From: an uncultured delta proteobacterium
Lineage (GTDB): Bacteria; Desulfobacterota; Zymogenia; Zymogenales; Zymogenaceae
Assembly: GCA_963735595.1 (NCBI GenBank)
Contig: CAVTLK010000005.1
Location: 736,001-800,000, forward strand
DNA length: 64,000 nt
Direction: 5' to 3'
Shown in pieces: positions 32,244-43,090 of the stretch. Numbering within the stretch: the first letter of the stretch is position 1; each line of letters opens with the position of its first letter. Under the pieces are notes generated by a model, which was given only the letters and a program-made list of their open reading frames with translations, had not been told where the DNA came from and ran no database searches. The translations under genes were made by a program, and so were the position numbers.

Positions 32244-33764
32244 ATGAAAAAGGCGCGTACCCAATCGGAGGCCCTCCTGCAGGCGGTGTTCGATTTTACC
32301 GGCGTTGCACTGGGTATGGCCGACCGAAACGGCCGATGGCTCAAGACAAGCGCGGCCTTTTCCCGGCTGCTCGGCTATACCCAAGAGGATCTTTCGGCCC
32401 TCACGGACCGTGATATTACCCACCCTGACGACCGTGAGCTTACCGAGAGATATATGGCCGAGATGGCCGAGGGCACACTCGATTCCTACCGTACCGAAAA
32501 ACGCTACGTTCATAAGAATGGGGATACGGTGTGGGCCGACGTCTCCCTCACCGCCGTTCGCGACGATGACGGCAGCCTGAGCGTCGTAGTCGGCGCGCTG
32601 GTAGATATTACGGAAAAGAAGCGGGTCCAGGAGCGGCTCCTGGCGTCCCAGAAGATGGAGGCCATCGGGATGTTGGCCGGCGGCATCGCCCATGACTTCA
32701 ATAACATCCTCGCGACCATTCTCGGGTATGCCTCCTTTCTAAAGGGTAAGGCAGCCAAGGACGACCTCTTTTTTGGGGGATTGGAGGCTATCGAGGATTC
32801 GGCGGAGCGCGCCGCCGGGCTTACCTCTCAGATACTGGACTATTCGCGCCACCCGAAGATGGAGATCGAGACCTTTTCCATTAACCGGGTTATCGCCGGT
32901 ATCAACAAACTGATACAGAAGACGTTTGATAAATCGATCACGATCGTGGTGGAACTGGACGAGGGCATCAGCAGCGTAAATGCAGATATGGCACAGATAA
33001 AGCAAATGGCGTTGAGCCTCTGCATAAACGCCCGGGACTCTATGCCGAAGGGCGGGGTGCTGACCATCAGGACGTTCATGCTCGACGCTCCCGATGATGG
33101 GATCCGATTGGGGGACGCAGTACCGCCGGGCCGATACGCATGTATGACGGTCTCAGACACGGGTACAGGAACGGACATGGAGGCCCGAAGGGGGATACTG
33201 CAGACCTCCTTTTCCAGAGAACCGGGCACGGAGATCGGGGGATCTGCACTGTCCGTCGTGTATGGAGTTGTAAAGAGACACGGCGGCTGGATAAACGCGA
33301 CCAGCCGGGTCGGCACCGGTACGGAGTTCACCTTTTTACTTCCCGCGTCGCACGAGAAGGGGGCCGCACCGATTGTGGAATCGGTGGCCGGTTTAGGAGG
33401 GACCGAAATGATCCTTGTTATCGATGACGAAATCCAGATAGTCCAGATGATCCACCGGTTGTTAACGGATGCCGGTTATCAGGTCCTCGATGCGTATTCC
33501 GGCGCCGACGGGATTCGGATCTTTAAGGAGAAGGTAAATGAGATCGACCTGGTTTTGCTGGACATCATGATGCCCGGGATGGGGGGCGAAGATGTAATGA
33601 AACAACTCCTCCGGCTACGACCGGACACCAAGGTCCTGTTGGTTAGCGGATTCAGCGAGCAGGAGCGGCACCAGGCCCTTATGAACATGGGAGCTTTGGG
33701 ATTCGTCGCAAAACCTTTCAACATACACGAGCTTCTCAGGGAGATTCGGAACATCCTTGGATAA
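32244..33764 (+). CDS. Cytoplasmic PAS hybrid histidine kinase/receiver
   Basis: PAS (THPDD, EKRY), H-box GGIAHDFNN, DTGTG, receiver DDE/LLDIMMP/KPF. Confidence 0.9.
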   Translation: MKKARTQSEALLQAVFDFTGVALGMADRNGRWLKTSAAFSRLLGYTQEDLSALTDRDITHPDDRELTERYMAEMAEGTLDSYRTEKRYVHKNGDTVWADVSLTAVRDDDGSLSVVVGALVDITEKKRVQERLLASQKMEAIGMLAGGIAHDFNNILATILGYASFLKGKAAKDDLFFGGLEAIEDSAERAAGLTSQILDYSRHPKMEIETFSINRVIAGINKLIQKTFDKSITIVVELDEGISSVNADMAQIKQMALSLCINARDSMPKGGVLTIRTFMLDAPDDGIRLGDAVPPGRYACMTVSDTGTGTDMEARRGILQTSFSREPGTEIGGSALSVVYGVVKRHGGWINATSRVGTGTEFTFLLPASHEKGAAPIVESVAGLGGTEMILVIDDEIQIVQMIHRLLTDAGYQVLDAYSGADGIRIFKEKVNEIDLVLLDIMMPGMGGEDVMKQLLRLRPDTKVLLVSGFSEQERHQALMNMGALGFVAKPFNIHELLREIRNILG

Positions 33765-33912
33765 GGGAATCATGGTTGCGGGAGGGTGGGCCGATCGAGG
33801 ACTGAACAGACATAACGGCGGGGGACGACCGATGCGCTCGTGCGCGTCGATGGGGCCGCTAAGGTATAGGGGGAAAGGCTGCGTATCGTTCGGTTCGGGC
33901 GGCATTTTTTTG

Positions 33913-33950
33913 TTGACATAACCGCTATACTTTGCTATATTGCCAAATAG
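33913..33950 (+). promoter_or_regulatory. ars promoter with overlapping ArsR-type palindrome
   Basis: TTGACA-N17-TATATT overlapped by tttg-ctatattgc-caaa; similar cttgg-N8-ccaag at 34421-34438 before the permease. Confidence 0.55.
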
Positions 33951-33984
33951 GAAAGCAATGCGGCACCCGGAGGAGACATCGTTA

Positions 33985-34335
33985 ATGGACCCCAAGACGC
34001 GGACATACTACGAGGCCAAGACGCGCATCTTCAAGGCGCTGGCTCACCCGACCAGGCTCTTTATCGTTGATGAACTGGGCCGTCGAGAGCGGTGTGTCCT
34101 CGAGTTAACCGAAATGATCGGCGCGGACATGTCCACCGTCAGCAAACACCTTTCCATCCTGAAGGGTGCCGGTATCATCGATGACGAAAAACGGGGGACG
34201 CAGGTTTTCTACACTTTGAAGACGCCGTGCGTGCTCAATTTCTTCTCGTGCGTTACGGACGTGCAACAATCCGTGATCGAGCAAGACAAGAGAGCACTTG
34301 GCGTGGCTAAGGGGGGAGGCCGTCACTCCCGGTGA
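33985..34335 (+). CDS. arsR: ArsR/SmtB-family repressor
   Basis: FKALAHPTRL, ERCVLEL, STVSKHLSIL, PCVLNFFSC. Confidence 0.88.
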   Translation: MDPKTRTYYEAKTRIFKALAHPTRLFIVDELGRRERCVLELTEMIGADMSTVSKHLSILKGAGIIDDEKRGTQVFYTLKTPCVLNFFSCVTDVQQSVIEQDKRALGVAKGGGRHSR

Positions 34336-34454
34336 TGAGAGGGTGTCTAAAAAAGTTTCGTGTTTGTTCGAGGCTGTTTTTCATTGTGGGAAAGCTTTTT
34401 TTTCTCAGCAATGGTGGCCGCTTGGGAAACTAGCCAAGTTTAAAGGGACTTCAA

Positions 34455-35756
34455 ATGAACTGGAAACAAGAATATAAGATCCTGCTCGGCATGATAGCCG
34501 TCTTTATCGGCTTTTACTTCCTGCCGATTGGTGCACCAAGGTTTGACAACGCGGTCTTCGAGGCGCTCGCGCTGGCCAAGTGGTACACGCGGGAGCACGT
34601 ACTGCTCTGCCTTATCCCGGCGTTTTTCATCGCCGGGGCCATCGCAGTGTTCGTGAGCCAAGATTCGGTCATGAAATACCTCGGCGCGGGCGCCAACAAG
34701 GTCCTGGCCTACGGGGTGGCCTCGGTCTCCGGCTCGGTATTGGCGGTCTGTTCCTGCACGGTGATGCCGCTCTTTGCCGGGATCTACCGGATGGGGGCGG
34801 GGCTGGGACCGGCCTCGGCCTTCCTCTACTCGGGGCCGGCCATCAACGTGCTGGCGATCATCCTCACGGCGCGCATCCTGGGTCTTGAGCTCGGCGTCGC
34901 CCGGGCGGTCGGCGCGATCGTATTTTCAATCGTCATCGGACTTTTCATGCACCTCTTTTTCAGGAAGGAAGAGGTCAGTCGCACCGCTGCCTTTACGGCT
35001 ATGCCTGCCTCCGAACCGAAGAGGACACTGTGGCAAAACGGCCTCTTCTTCTTCGTGCTGGTGGCAATCCTCATCTTCGCTACCTGGGCCAGCCCCGAGG
35101 GGGCGACGGGACTCTTCGCCCTTATCGCCTCGGTGAAGTGGATACTCGTTGGTCTATTCGCGGCGGGCCTGGGGGCTATCCTGGTTCTCTGGTTCGAGGT
35201 GAAATGGTATTGGATCGCCGCGGCCGCTGCGGCCGTCGCGGTGGCGGCATTAGCTGCACCGGGCTATCCGCTGATCCCGTTTATCGTCGGCGTTGCGGGT
35301 CTGTCTCTCATAACCGCTCTAAATAAAAAGGAAGCCAATACGTGGTTCTCCTCGACGTGGGACTTTGCCAAGCTGATACTGCCGCTGCTCCTATTGGGTG
35401 TGTTGGTCGCGGGATTCCTGCTCGGCCGCCCCGGACATGAAGGGATCATCCCCTCGGCATGGGTCGCGTGGGCCGTAGGGGGTAACTCGCTGTGGGCAAA
35501 CCTCTTTGCCTCGGTGGCGGGGGCCTTCATGTATTTTGCCACGCTCACGGAGGTGCCTATCCTCCAGGGGCTTATCGGGGCGGGAATGGGAAAGGGCCCC
35601 GCGCTGGCGCTGCTGCTGGCGGGCCCGGCGCTCTCGCTGCCCTCGATGCTGGTCATCAGGAGCGTCCTGGGGACGAAAAAAACCGTCGTATACGTGACGC
35701 TGGTGGTCGTCCTTTCGACGGTCGCGGGGATGCTATACGGTTGGATATTCGGGTAG
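34455..35756 (+). CDS. ArsP/DUF318-family permease
   Basis: AVCSCTVMP, GPAIN, MYFATLTEVP, GPALSLP. Confidence 0.85.
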   Translation: MNWKQEYKILLGMIAVFIGFYFLPIGAPRFDNAVFEALALAKWYTREHVLLCLIPAFFIAGAIAVFVSQDSVMKYLGAGANKVLAYGVASVSGSVLAVCSCTVMPLFAGIYRMGAGLGPASAFLYSGPAINVLAIILTARILGLELGVARAVGAIVFSIVIGLFMHLFFRKEEVSRTAAFTAMPASEPKRTLWQNGLFFFVLVAILIFATWASPEGATGLFALIASVKWILVGLFAAGLGAILVLWFEVKWYWIAAAAAAVAVAALAAPGYPLIPFIVGVAGLSLITALNKKEANTWFSSTWDFAKLILPLLLLGVLVAGFLLGRPGHEGIIPSAWVAWAVGGNSLWANLFASVAGAFMYFATLTEVPILQGLIGAGMGKGPALALLLAGPALSLPSMLVIRSVLGTKKTVVYVTLVVVLSTVAGMLYGWIFG

Positions 35757-35818
35757 TTTTTCAGAAACGTGACTACGATACGGTCAACATGGATCGTTCA
35801 GGATAAAAAGGAGAGGCA

Positions 35819-36052
35819 ATGAAAAAGATACAGATTCTCGGTATGGGATGCGCCAAATGCAACCGGCTGCAAGAAAACGCCGAGACGGCGGCGAAATCGC
35901 TCGGTATCGACTACGAGATCGAGAAGGTAAACGACATCGACAGGATCACGTCCTTCGGCGTTATGGTGACGCCGGCGCTGGCTGTCGATGGAGAGGTGAA
36001 GGCGGCCGGGAAGCTCCTGACGTCCGATGAGATAAAGGAATTGCTGAGATAA
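35819..36052 (+). CDS. MTH895/ArsE-family small thioredoxin-like protein
   Basis: ILGMGCAKC, GVMVTPALAVDG. Confidence 0.85.
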   Translation: MKKIQILGMGCAKCNRLQENAETAAKSLGIDYEIEKVNDIDRITSFGVMVTPALAVDGEVKAAGKLLTSDEIKELLR

Positions 36053-36130
36053 TTACCGGGAGACGGTATACCCTGCCGAATCGGCGGGATTCGGATTTGG
36101 ATTCATGCAGTCTTTATTGAGGAGTAGCAC

Positions 36131-36508
36131 ATGAGCTCGAAAGAAGGTTGTCAATGCGGTGAGGGTACAAGACTGATCTTCCCCTGCTCGGGATCGGCCG
36201 ATGTCGGGGCAATCGCCGACCGGGCCGGCCGAAAGCTGACCAGTGACGGTGTGGGTAAGATGTCGTGCCTGGCAGGCATCGGCGGCGGGGTCTCGGGCAT
36301 GATCGAATCGGCCAAGGGAGCATCCGGAATCCTCGCCATAGACGGGTGCCCCATCGACTGCGCGAAAAAGACGCTTGAGAAAGCCGGCATCAGCGGATTC
36401 CTCCACCTCAGGGTAACCGACCATGGATTAAAAAAGGGGGAGTCTCCGGTCACCGACGAGAATATTAAGGGTATCGCGGATAGGGGCGCGGCGCTGCTGG
36501 CGCCGTAG
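36131..36508 (+). CDS. DGC-domain putative zinc-binding protein
   Basis: PCSGSADVG, MSCLAGIGG, IDGCPIDC. Confidence 0.85.
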   Translation: MSSKEGCQCGEGTRLIFPCSGSADVGAIADRAGRKLTSDGVGKMSCLAGIGGGVSGMIESAKGASGILAIDGCPIDCAKKTLEKAGISGFLHLRVTDHGLKKGESPVTDENIKGIADRGAALLAP

Positions 36509-36528
36509 AGCAGGCAAGGAGATGATGA

Positions 36529-36984
36529 ATGAAAGTGGAATCCAGAAATAAAATAAACAGCCCCCACATTTTTCCAGTGACCAGAACTGTTCTATTCGTA
36601 TTGATCGTATTCATAGTGACAGGCTTATTGTCTGTCTCTGTAATACGGCACGGCGTGGTCTTAGACAATGGCATGCCAGGCGGTAACACCGCCCTCGCTG
36701 CAGACTCGTTTCCCGTCCTGATTGACCTGGGGGCCGACCGGTGCGTGCCCTGCAAGATGATGGCGCCGATTCTTGAGGAGCTCAAGAAGGAATACAAGGG
36801 AAAACTTGACGTCGTCTTTTACGATGTCTGGAAAGACCCCGCCCCCGCCGAGAAATACGGGATACGCGGGATACCGACGCAGATCTTCCTCGACGAAAAC
36901 GGAAAGGAGCTCTATCGTCACGCGGGCTATTTTTCGAAAGAACAAATCCTCAATAAATGGAAAGAACTCGGGTATGATTTCTAG
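36529..36984 (+). CDS. Membrane-anchored thioredoxin
   Basis: N-terminal TM; DLGADRCVPCKMM; IPTQIF. Confidence 0.85.
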   Translation: MKVESRNKINSPHIFPVTRTVLFVLIVFIVTGLLSVSVIRHGVVLDNGMPGGNTALAADSFPVLIDLGADRCVPCKMMAPILEELKKEYKGKLDVVFYDVWKDPAPAEKYGIRGIPTQIFLDENGKELYRHAGYFSKEQILNKWKELGYDF

Positions 36985-37038
36985 CATGAGCACTACACAC
37001 CCGCGCAGACCGGAGGGACCGCGCGATGAGGAGTCCCA

Positions 37039-37599
37039 TTGATGAAACCGAAGACAATAGTCACCATCATTCTGCTGCTGTTCGTCGCGGCCAGCGTTGT
37101 CTATCTCGTTCTCGGCGAGATCGGCGGCAAACGGGACGCTGAGCTCACACCGGCGGCCGGAACGCCCGACGAGCCTGCGGCAGGCGCTCCCGACTCGTCC
37201 GCACCTCCGGCAAAGACGCCGACGGCCGCGCTTCCCGCGGAAAAAGCCTCGCCGGATACGTATGTCAATGTCTACTACTTTCACGGAAACTACCGCTGCG
37301 TCACCTGCCGGACGATCGAGATGTACACCCGGGAGGCCATAAACGAGGGATTCCTCGCCGAGTTGGGCAACGGGAGCCTCCATATCCGTATCCTCAACAT
37401 GCAGGACCCGGAAAACGAGGCATACGTGAATGACTTTGGATTGGAGTACTACATCGTGGTACTCGAAAAAGTAGTTGACGGCAAACGGGCTGAATGGAAG
37501 AAGCTGGAGGGGGTATGGGACCTTCTCAATGACAAGGACGAGTTCAAGAAATACGTCGTGAGCGAAACACGGAACTACCTGAAGGGAATCGACCGATGA
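37039..37599 (+). CDS. ArsF-family periplasmic thioredoxin-like protein
   Basis: N-terminal TM; VYYFHGNYRCVTC..IE; WKKLEGVW. Confidence 0.75.
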   Translation: MMKPKTIVTIILLLFVAASVVYLVLGEIGGKRDAELTPAAGTPDEPAAGAPDSSAPPAKTPTAALPAEKASPDTYVNVYYFHGNYRCVTCRTIEMYTREAINEGFLAELGNGSLHIRILNMQDPENEAYVNDFGLEYYIVVLEKVVDGKRAEWKKLEGVWDLLNDKDEFKKYVVSETRNYLKGIDR

Positions 37600-38289
37600 C
37601 AGACCTTATCGTTGCCGTTGCCTCCGCGTTCTGGCTGGGGGTCCTCACCACCGTCAGCCCCTGCCCCCTGGCGACCAACATCGCCGCCGTATCCTACGTC
37701 GGAAGAAACGTCACAAGCTCCTGGAGAGTCTTTCTTTCCGGCCTTCTCTACACGCTGGGGAGAACCGCGGTCTATGTTATCATCGGCGTGATCCTGGTCA
37801 AGAGCCTGCTTGGCGGCCGTGAATCTATCCTTTTTTCTCCAAAATAACGTCAACAAGATTCTCGGACCCATCCTCATCGTCGTGGGGATGATCCTGGTCG
37901 GGTTGATCAATTTTAACGTCTCCGGCTTCGGCCAGAGCAAACGCCTTGAGCGATGGGTTGACGCACTGGGCTTGGGAGGGGCGTTCCTCCTGGGCGCAGT
38001 ATTCGCCCTCTCGTTCTGCCCGGTATCGGCGGCGCTCTTTTTCGGAAGCCTCATCCCGATTGCCCTCGCGTCGGGGTCCGGCCTTATAGTCCCATCCGCG
38101 TACGGGGTGGCGACCGGTCTCCCAGTGCTGGTCTTTGCGGTGCTGCTGGCCGCGGGCGTTAAGCAGATGAGCTCGATCTTCAATAGGGTCGCCCGGTACG
38201 AGCTCTGGATAAGGCGGCTGACCGGCGTGATCTTCATCCTCGTGGGGATCTATTATTGCCTGATATACATATTCCGGATATACGGGTAA
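37596..38289 (+). CDS. ArsG-family (CcdA-like) membrane protein, frameshifted near 37810
   Basis: SPCPLATNIAA in the first fragment; ALSFCPVSAALFF in the second. Confidence 0.8.
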
Positions 38290-38338
38290 AATAGTATATG
38301 GATAATTGTGCGGTTAGTCCCGGTAATAGGAGAACGGC

Positions 38339-39397
38339 ATGAAAAAGACTCAGACAGAGGAAAAGCGGCTATCGTTTGTCGATCGCTACCTGACGCTCTG
38401 GATATTCATCGCCATGGGCCTGGGCATAGCAATCGGCACCTTCTGGCCCCTGGTGACCGATTTCATCTCCGGGCTCCAGGTGGGAACGACATCCATACCC
38501 ATCGCGGTGGGTCTCATCCTGATGATGTACCCGCCGCTTGCCAAGGTTAAGTACGAGGAAATGGGCAGAATCTTTCAGCACAAGAAGCTCCTTGCCCTCT
38601 CGCTGGTGCAGAACTGGATCGTCGGGCCGCTGTTCATGTTCGGGCTGGCGATCCTGTTTCTTCACAACTATCCCCATTACATGATCGGCGTTATCCTGGT
38701 CGGGCTTGCCCGCTGCATCGCCATGGTTATCGTCTGGAACGAGCTGGCCGGGGGCGACCGGGAGCTGGCGGTGGGGCTGGTGGCGTTCAACGCCGTCTTC
38801 CAGGTGCTCTTTTATGCCGTCTTTATTTTCCTTTTCATCACGGTCGGGCTCAACCGGCTGGGGCTGGTGGAGGGGATCGATGCGCGCATCTCGTTTTGGG
38901 ACGCGGCCAAGACCGTCTTCGTCTACCTCGGGATACCGTTCGTCGCGGGCATCGTTACGAGGTTCTCACTCCTGAAGCTAAAGGGAAAGCGGTGGTACGA
39001 GGATATCTTCGCCCCGCGGATCGGCCCGATCACCCTTGTCGCCCTGCTGTTTACGATCGTCGTAATGTTTTCCCTCAAGGGCGCCTACATTATCCAGCGG
39101 CCCCTGGACGTTTTGATTATCGCCGTGCCGCTGGTCATTTATTTCCTGGTCATGTGGTTTGCGACGTTCTTTATAGCCAGGAAGATAGGCGCCAACTATG
39201 GACAGACAACGGCGGTCTCGTTCACGGCCGCCAGCAACGATTTCGAGCTGGCCATCGCGGTGGCGGTGGCGATCTTCGGGATATCGTCAAACGAGGCATT
39301 CGCGACGGTCATCGGGCCGCTCTTGGAGGTCCCGATCCTGATTGCACTGGTTAACGTGGCCTTCAAGCTCAGGAAACGTCTGTTCGCGGGGGCGTGA
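38339..39397 (+). CDS. acr3: ACR3-family arsenite efflux transporter
   Basis: [45 protein letters not shown]. Confidence 0.93.
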   Translation: MKKTQTEEKRLSFVDRYLTLWIFIAMGLGIAIGTFWPLVTDFISGLQVGTTSIPIAVGLILMMYPPLAKVKYEEMGRIFQHKKLLALSLVQNWIVGPLFMFGLAILFLHNYPHYMIGVILVGLARCIAMVIVWNELAGGDRELAVGLVAFNAVFQVLFYAVFIFLFITVGLNRLGLVEGIDARISFWDAAKTVFVYLGIPFVAGIVTRFSLLKLKGKRWYEDIFAPRIGPITLVALLFTIVVMFSLKGAYIIQRPLDVLIIAVPLVIYFLVMWFATFFIARKIGANYGQTTAVSFTAASNDFELAIAVAVAIFGISSNEAFATVIGPLLEVPILIALVNVAFKLRKRLFAGA

Positions 39398-39453
39398 CCG
39401 GGACGGCGCGGTGCGGCCGTCCCCGGCCGGCGGGTTTCGGGTTATCGCCCGGA

Positions 39454-40209
39454 TTACGGGGTATTCGGGAGCTTCTCGACGCCGAGGATATTCCTATCCG
39501 TGTCGATGACAAAGCGGTAGGCAGTGCTCGCTACGGGGGTATACCGGACCTCCCAGCCCTCGTCATCACCGGCGCCGGTATATTCGAACGTTCCGGAAAG
39601 CTCGGTGTCGATGAGCTCGACGGTCCCGTCGCCATTTACATCCTCAAGGCGTATCTCGTGATCTCTGATCGGGTCCTTATCCCCGAATTGACTCCAGACC
39701 TCGTGAAACGCGTAGCCCGTCCCGTCGACATTATAGATGGTCGTGTCGCGTCCGCCCTTCAGGCTCACGAGGGTATGCCGGACGAGGAGAATCCCGCCGG
39801 TCAGCCAGCGGTTGAGGGTATAGAGGACCTCGGACGTACCGTCGCGGGCGATATCCACCGTCAGAAAGCTCACCTCATCGGACTGGTCGATCATGAGGGC
39901 CGGGGTCCATCGCGAGCCGTAGCCGAGGAGCCAGAGCTCCCCGGGGAGCGCTACGTGGGGCTGATTGTCGTCGATGAAGGCGACGATTGCCTCAGCGGCC
40001 CCCGGCCGGGTAAAAGAACCTTCGGCAATCGTCACCGAATCGGGATTGACCGCGAAGAAATCCCCCTCACCCTCGGTGCTCTTGACCGAGAGTAATATCT
40101 CGCGGATGGTATCGGCCGACAGTCCCTGCGGCGCGGCGAGACAATAGAGCGAAATAGATAGAACCGCAAGGCCGGCCAGGGCCGCGATCGCCGGGGACTT
40201 CTTCATCAT
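39454..40209 (-). CDS. Secreted hypothetical protein with FG-GAP/EF-like D-x-N-G-D-G motifs
   Basis: Signal peptide MMKKSPAIAALAG...; DIARDGTSE and DVNGDGTVE. Confidence 0.65.
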   Translation of the reverse strand: MMKKSPAIAALAGLAVLSISLYCLAAPQGLSADTIREILLSVKSTEGEGDFFAVNPDSVTIAEGSFTRPGAAEAIVAFIDDNQPHVALPGELWLLGYGSRWTPALMIDQSDEVSFLTVDIARDGTSEVLYTLNRWLTGGILLVRHTLVSLKGGRDTTIYNVDGTGYAFHEVWSQFGDKDPIRDHEIRLEDVNGDGTVELIDTELSGTFEYTGAGDDEGWEVRYTPVASTAYRFVIDTDRNILGVEKLPNTP

Positions 40210-40432
40210 CCTTCCTCCAGGAAACAAAGCTGTATTATTGATCTCGTCGGTCCGGGTCTGTACGGGCCGGTACGGTAGGGGGCATACGAGCACGGCCGCT
40301 TTCCGGCAGACCATATCCCTACATAGTATCATACCGCAGACGGTGCCGACCGTCAAAGCCTTTCCGGCCCGCCATTGAGCCAGCGGCGTCCCGACGCCCG
40401 ACGGCGCATACTGCCCACGGTATCCGCGGCGG

Positions 40433-41446
40433 CTACAGCAGGCGCTTCTGACCCTCGATCTTCTTGATCGGGGCGATATCCTGGGTTACCTCGAGGCACC
40501 CGAGATAGGCGCCCGCTGTGTCGCGGACGGGCAGATAGCGGATATATATGAGCTTTTCTCCCATGGGGATCCAAAACTCCGCCATGGGAAGCGTGCCGTC
40601 CCTGAAGCCGTCAAGTATCGCCTGAACCTTGTCCATGCTCTTTTGGGGGTGGCAGTTCTGAACCGTGCGGCCGATGACCGCCTTGGCGCGGGGGAAAATA
40701 CGGTCAGCGGCCTGGTTGAAATAGCGGACCGTGTTGTCCTTATCCACGAAGGTGATATCGACCGGCAGCGTATCGAGCAGCGCCGAAAGCTGTGCAACCG
40801 ACAATGCCCCCGTCGGGAAGGTGACAGCGCCGCCGGTTAACTCGGCGCCGGCGGGGGGTTGGGAAGTGCCCGCCGCAGGAGATACCGGCGTGAAGCAGCA
40901 GTATCCGAGCTCATCGAATTGCCGCCGTATCTCCGGCCATTCCTGTTCCGGTACGGCCCGAAGCGCGGCGGGAAACAGGATCGTGTTTTCCTTGTTGAAA
41001 TGGGAGGAAAGCAGGTCGGCAAGCGCCGAGGCCGTCTCGTAGAGCCGGTTGGCGAACTGCTCGAAAGGGGTTTCGTCCGGCTTTTCGATAAGAGGGGCAA
41101 GGCCCTTTTTCAGCTTACGGATTTCGTCGTGTTCGGCCCACATTACCTGAGTCGGCCCGGTTATCCCGTGCTTTTCCACGACCGGGAACAGGACGTTCTC
41201 TTCCCTCACGTAGTGGTTCTCGGATTCGATGAGATGATCGACCAGGTGGCGGATTTCCTCCGTATGGGGGGAGGCAAGCCGCTGGTCCCGGGAGCCCATA
41301 AGTGCGCCGGCTATCGTGACGAGACGCTCGGAAAAGTCGAGCATCAATTCGTGCTCTTTCATAAGGATGTGGATAGGGTGCCCCTCCGGCACGGGTATTG
41401 CCAGCTTCTTTTTTCCGACCTGATTATCGCTATGAACGTCGGTCAT
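40433..41446 (-). CDS. Hemerythrin + PAS protein (DUF438-like)
   Basis: GHPIHILMKEH, HYVREENVLFP, MWAEHD, KENTILFP, PVDITFVD, NCHP. Confidence 0.85.
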   Translation of the reverse strand: MTDVHSDNQVGKKKLAIPVPEGHPIHILMKEHELMLDFSERLVTIAGALMGSRDQRLASPHTEEIRHLVDHLIESENHYVREENVLFPVVEKHGITGPTQVMWAEHDEIRKLKKGLAPLIEKPDETPFEQFANRLYETASALADLLSSHFNKENTILFPAALRAVPEQEWPEIRRQFDELGYCCFTPVSPAAGTSQPPAGAELTGGAVTFPTGALSVAQLSALLDTLPVDITFVDKDNTVRYFNQAADRIFPRAKAVIGRTVQNCHPQKSMDKVQAILDGFRDGTLPMAEFWIPMGEKLIYIRYLPVRDTAGAYLGCLEVTQDIAPIKKIEGQKRLL

Positions 41447-41507
41447 GGTATCCTCCTTTGTTATCGCGGGCGCCGTATCCGGATACCGCATACGCCGCCC
41501 GTATCGG

Positions 41508-42239
41508 TTATCCCCCAATAAAGATCCGGCCCGCCCTGATTTTGCCCGCTACGGTTCTAAAGACCTTTTCGATGATTATTTTCCATTGTTCCGGAGAACG
41601 GGGCGGTCCCTCGTCCTGGAGGTTGACCAGGGCGTCGGCATCCCAGATGATGCGAAACTCTATCGTATCGATATCCCCGGCGCGATGGTGGCTGCCGATG
41701 ATGCGCGTGACATGCTCCATTGTTGCCTCGTCAATCGCAAGGCCCTCCATGATGCAGCGGGCGATCGGCGGGCCCAGCTCTTCCTGATACCGCGGCGCCG
41801 GTGATCCGTATATGCGCTCGGCCTCCTGTATCCCGATGTCGTGGAGAAGGGCGGCTGCGGTAACGACCAGCGGGTCTCCTCCCTCGATCTTTCGCAGCTG
41901 CTCGGCGTAGGTAGAGAACCGAGAGGGCGTGATTTATCCGCCTGGTGTCGTCGCCGAACTGGTCGAACATCGCCGCCATGAGCTCTCCCGGAAGGTGACC
42001 GGCGCGGCCCCGTCGGCCGTTTCGGGCGGACGCCCGAGGCATTCGGCGGCATGTCCGCACCACCCGGCGCAGCCAAGCCCCACCTTCGGGTTCTCGACTC
42101 GCCGTCCGCATCCGCACTTCCGGGAGACGTCGTCCTTGAAAAACTCCACCATGGCCCCGCAGGAAGGGCAGGCCACGGTGAAGATGTCGCCGGTCTTCCA
42201 GTATCTCATATCCTGTCCGGGGCAGTTACCGCGCGTCAT
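41508..42239 (-). CDS. HD-domain protein with N-terminal Cys-rich domain (frameshifted)
   Basis: CPGQD..CPSCG..EFFKDD..KC.CG..GCAGWC..A.EC; RRINHAL, AALLHDIG, IIGSHH and WDAD in successive frames. Confidence 0.75.
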
Positions 42240-42292
42240 ATCGTGGCTCCTTGTTATCGCAGTATCGGACCTGCCGTCACTGCGGGGCGGTT

Positions 42293-43090
42293 TTAAACTG
42301 CCCCGCGGGCGTGATAGTGTCCGTCGCTCGTTATCGGGTCCCGCTCGATAACCGGGTCGCCCGTTCGGGTTATAATTGTCCGCGTGACCGGGATACTCAT
42401 TCCGCTTTCGGCAACGGCCCGTTCGGCGATAACGAAAAGCCCGTTGCAGCAGGGGACTTCCATATGCGCCACGGTGATCGATGCGGGGCGGGCCTCCCGG
42501 ATGATATCGGACAGGCGTTCGATTGAAAACTCGACGTCGTCGAATTTTGGACAGCCCAGCGCCACGCATCGGTTTTTCAACAGCCGATCGTGAAGGGTGG
42601 GGCATGCCGCGGCGGCGCAATCGGCCAGGAGCAGAAGGTCCGCTCCGGCGAGATACGGCGCCGCCGGATTGAGCAGCCTGAGCTTGATCGGCCAGTGGGC
42701 AAGCTCCGAGGGTTGGTCTGCGGGGTGCGGCCCGGCGTCGTCCCGTTTATCGGCTTTTTTGAGCGTCATCTCGTGGCTGCCGGGGCAGCCGCAGGCAAGC
42801 GTTTGCGGGGGGGTATGGGCCGGGATCGGCGCTTTTGCGTGGCGGCCGTCTGCATGCGGGCCGGGCCGGCCGGCGGGTTCGTTAAAGGCGGCGGCCTCCC
42901 GCTCGACGACGGTAATCGCCCCGGCCGGGCAGTCGCCAATGCAGGCGCCCAGGCCGTCACAATAAACGTCGCTTACCAGGCGCGCCTTACCGTCGATCAG
43001 CTGCAGGGCCCCCTCCGCGCATGCCGTAACGCAATTTCCGCAGCCGTCGCAGCGTTCGGAATCGATCTCAATGATCTTTCTTATTGCCAT
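42293..43090 (-). CDS. 4Fe-4S dicluster protein
   Basis: CDGCGNCVTAC, CDGLGACIGDCP, GCPG, WPIKL, GCPKFDD, MEVPCC. Confidence 0.88.
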   Translation of the reverse strand: MAIRKIIEIDSERCDGCGNCVTACAEGALQLIDGKARLVSDVYCDGLGACIGDCPAGAITVVEREAAAFNEPAGRPGPHADGRHAKAPIPAHTPPQTLACGCPGSHEMTLKKADKRDDAGPHPADQPSELAHWPIKLRLLNPAAPYLAGADLLLLADCAAAACPTLHDRLLKNRCVALGCPKFDDVEFSIERLSDIIREARPASITVAHMEVPCCNGLFVIAERAVAESGMSIPVTRTIITRTGDPVIERDPITSDGHYHARGAV

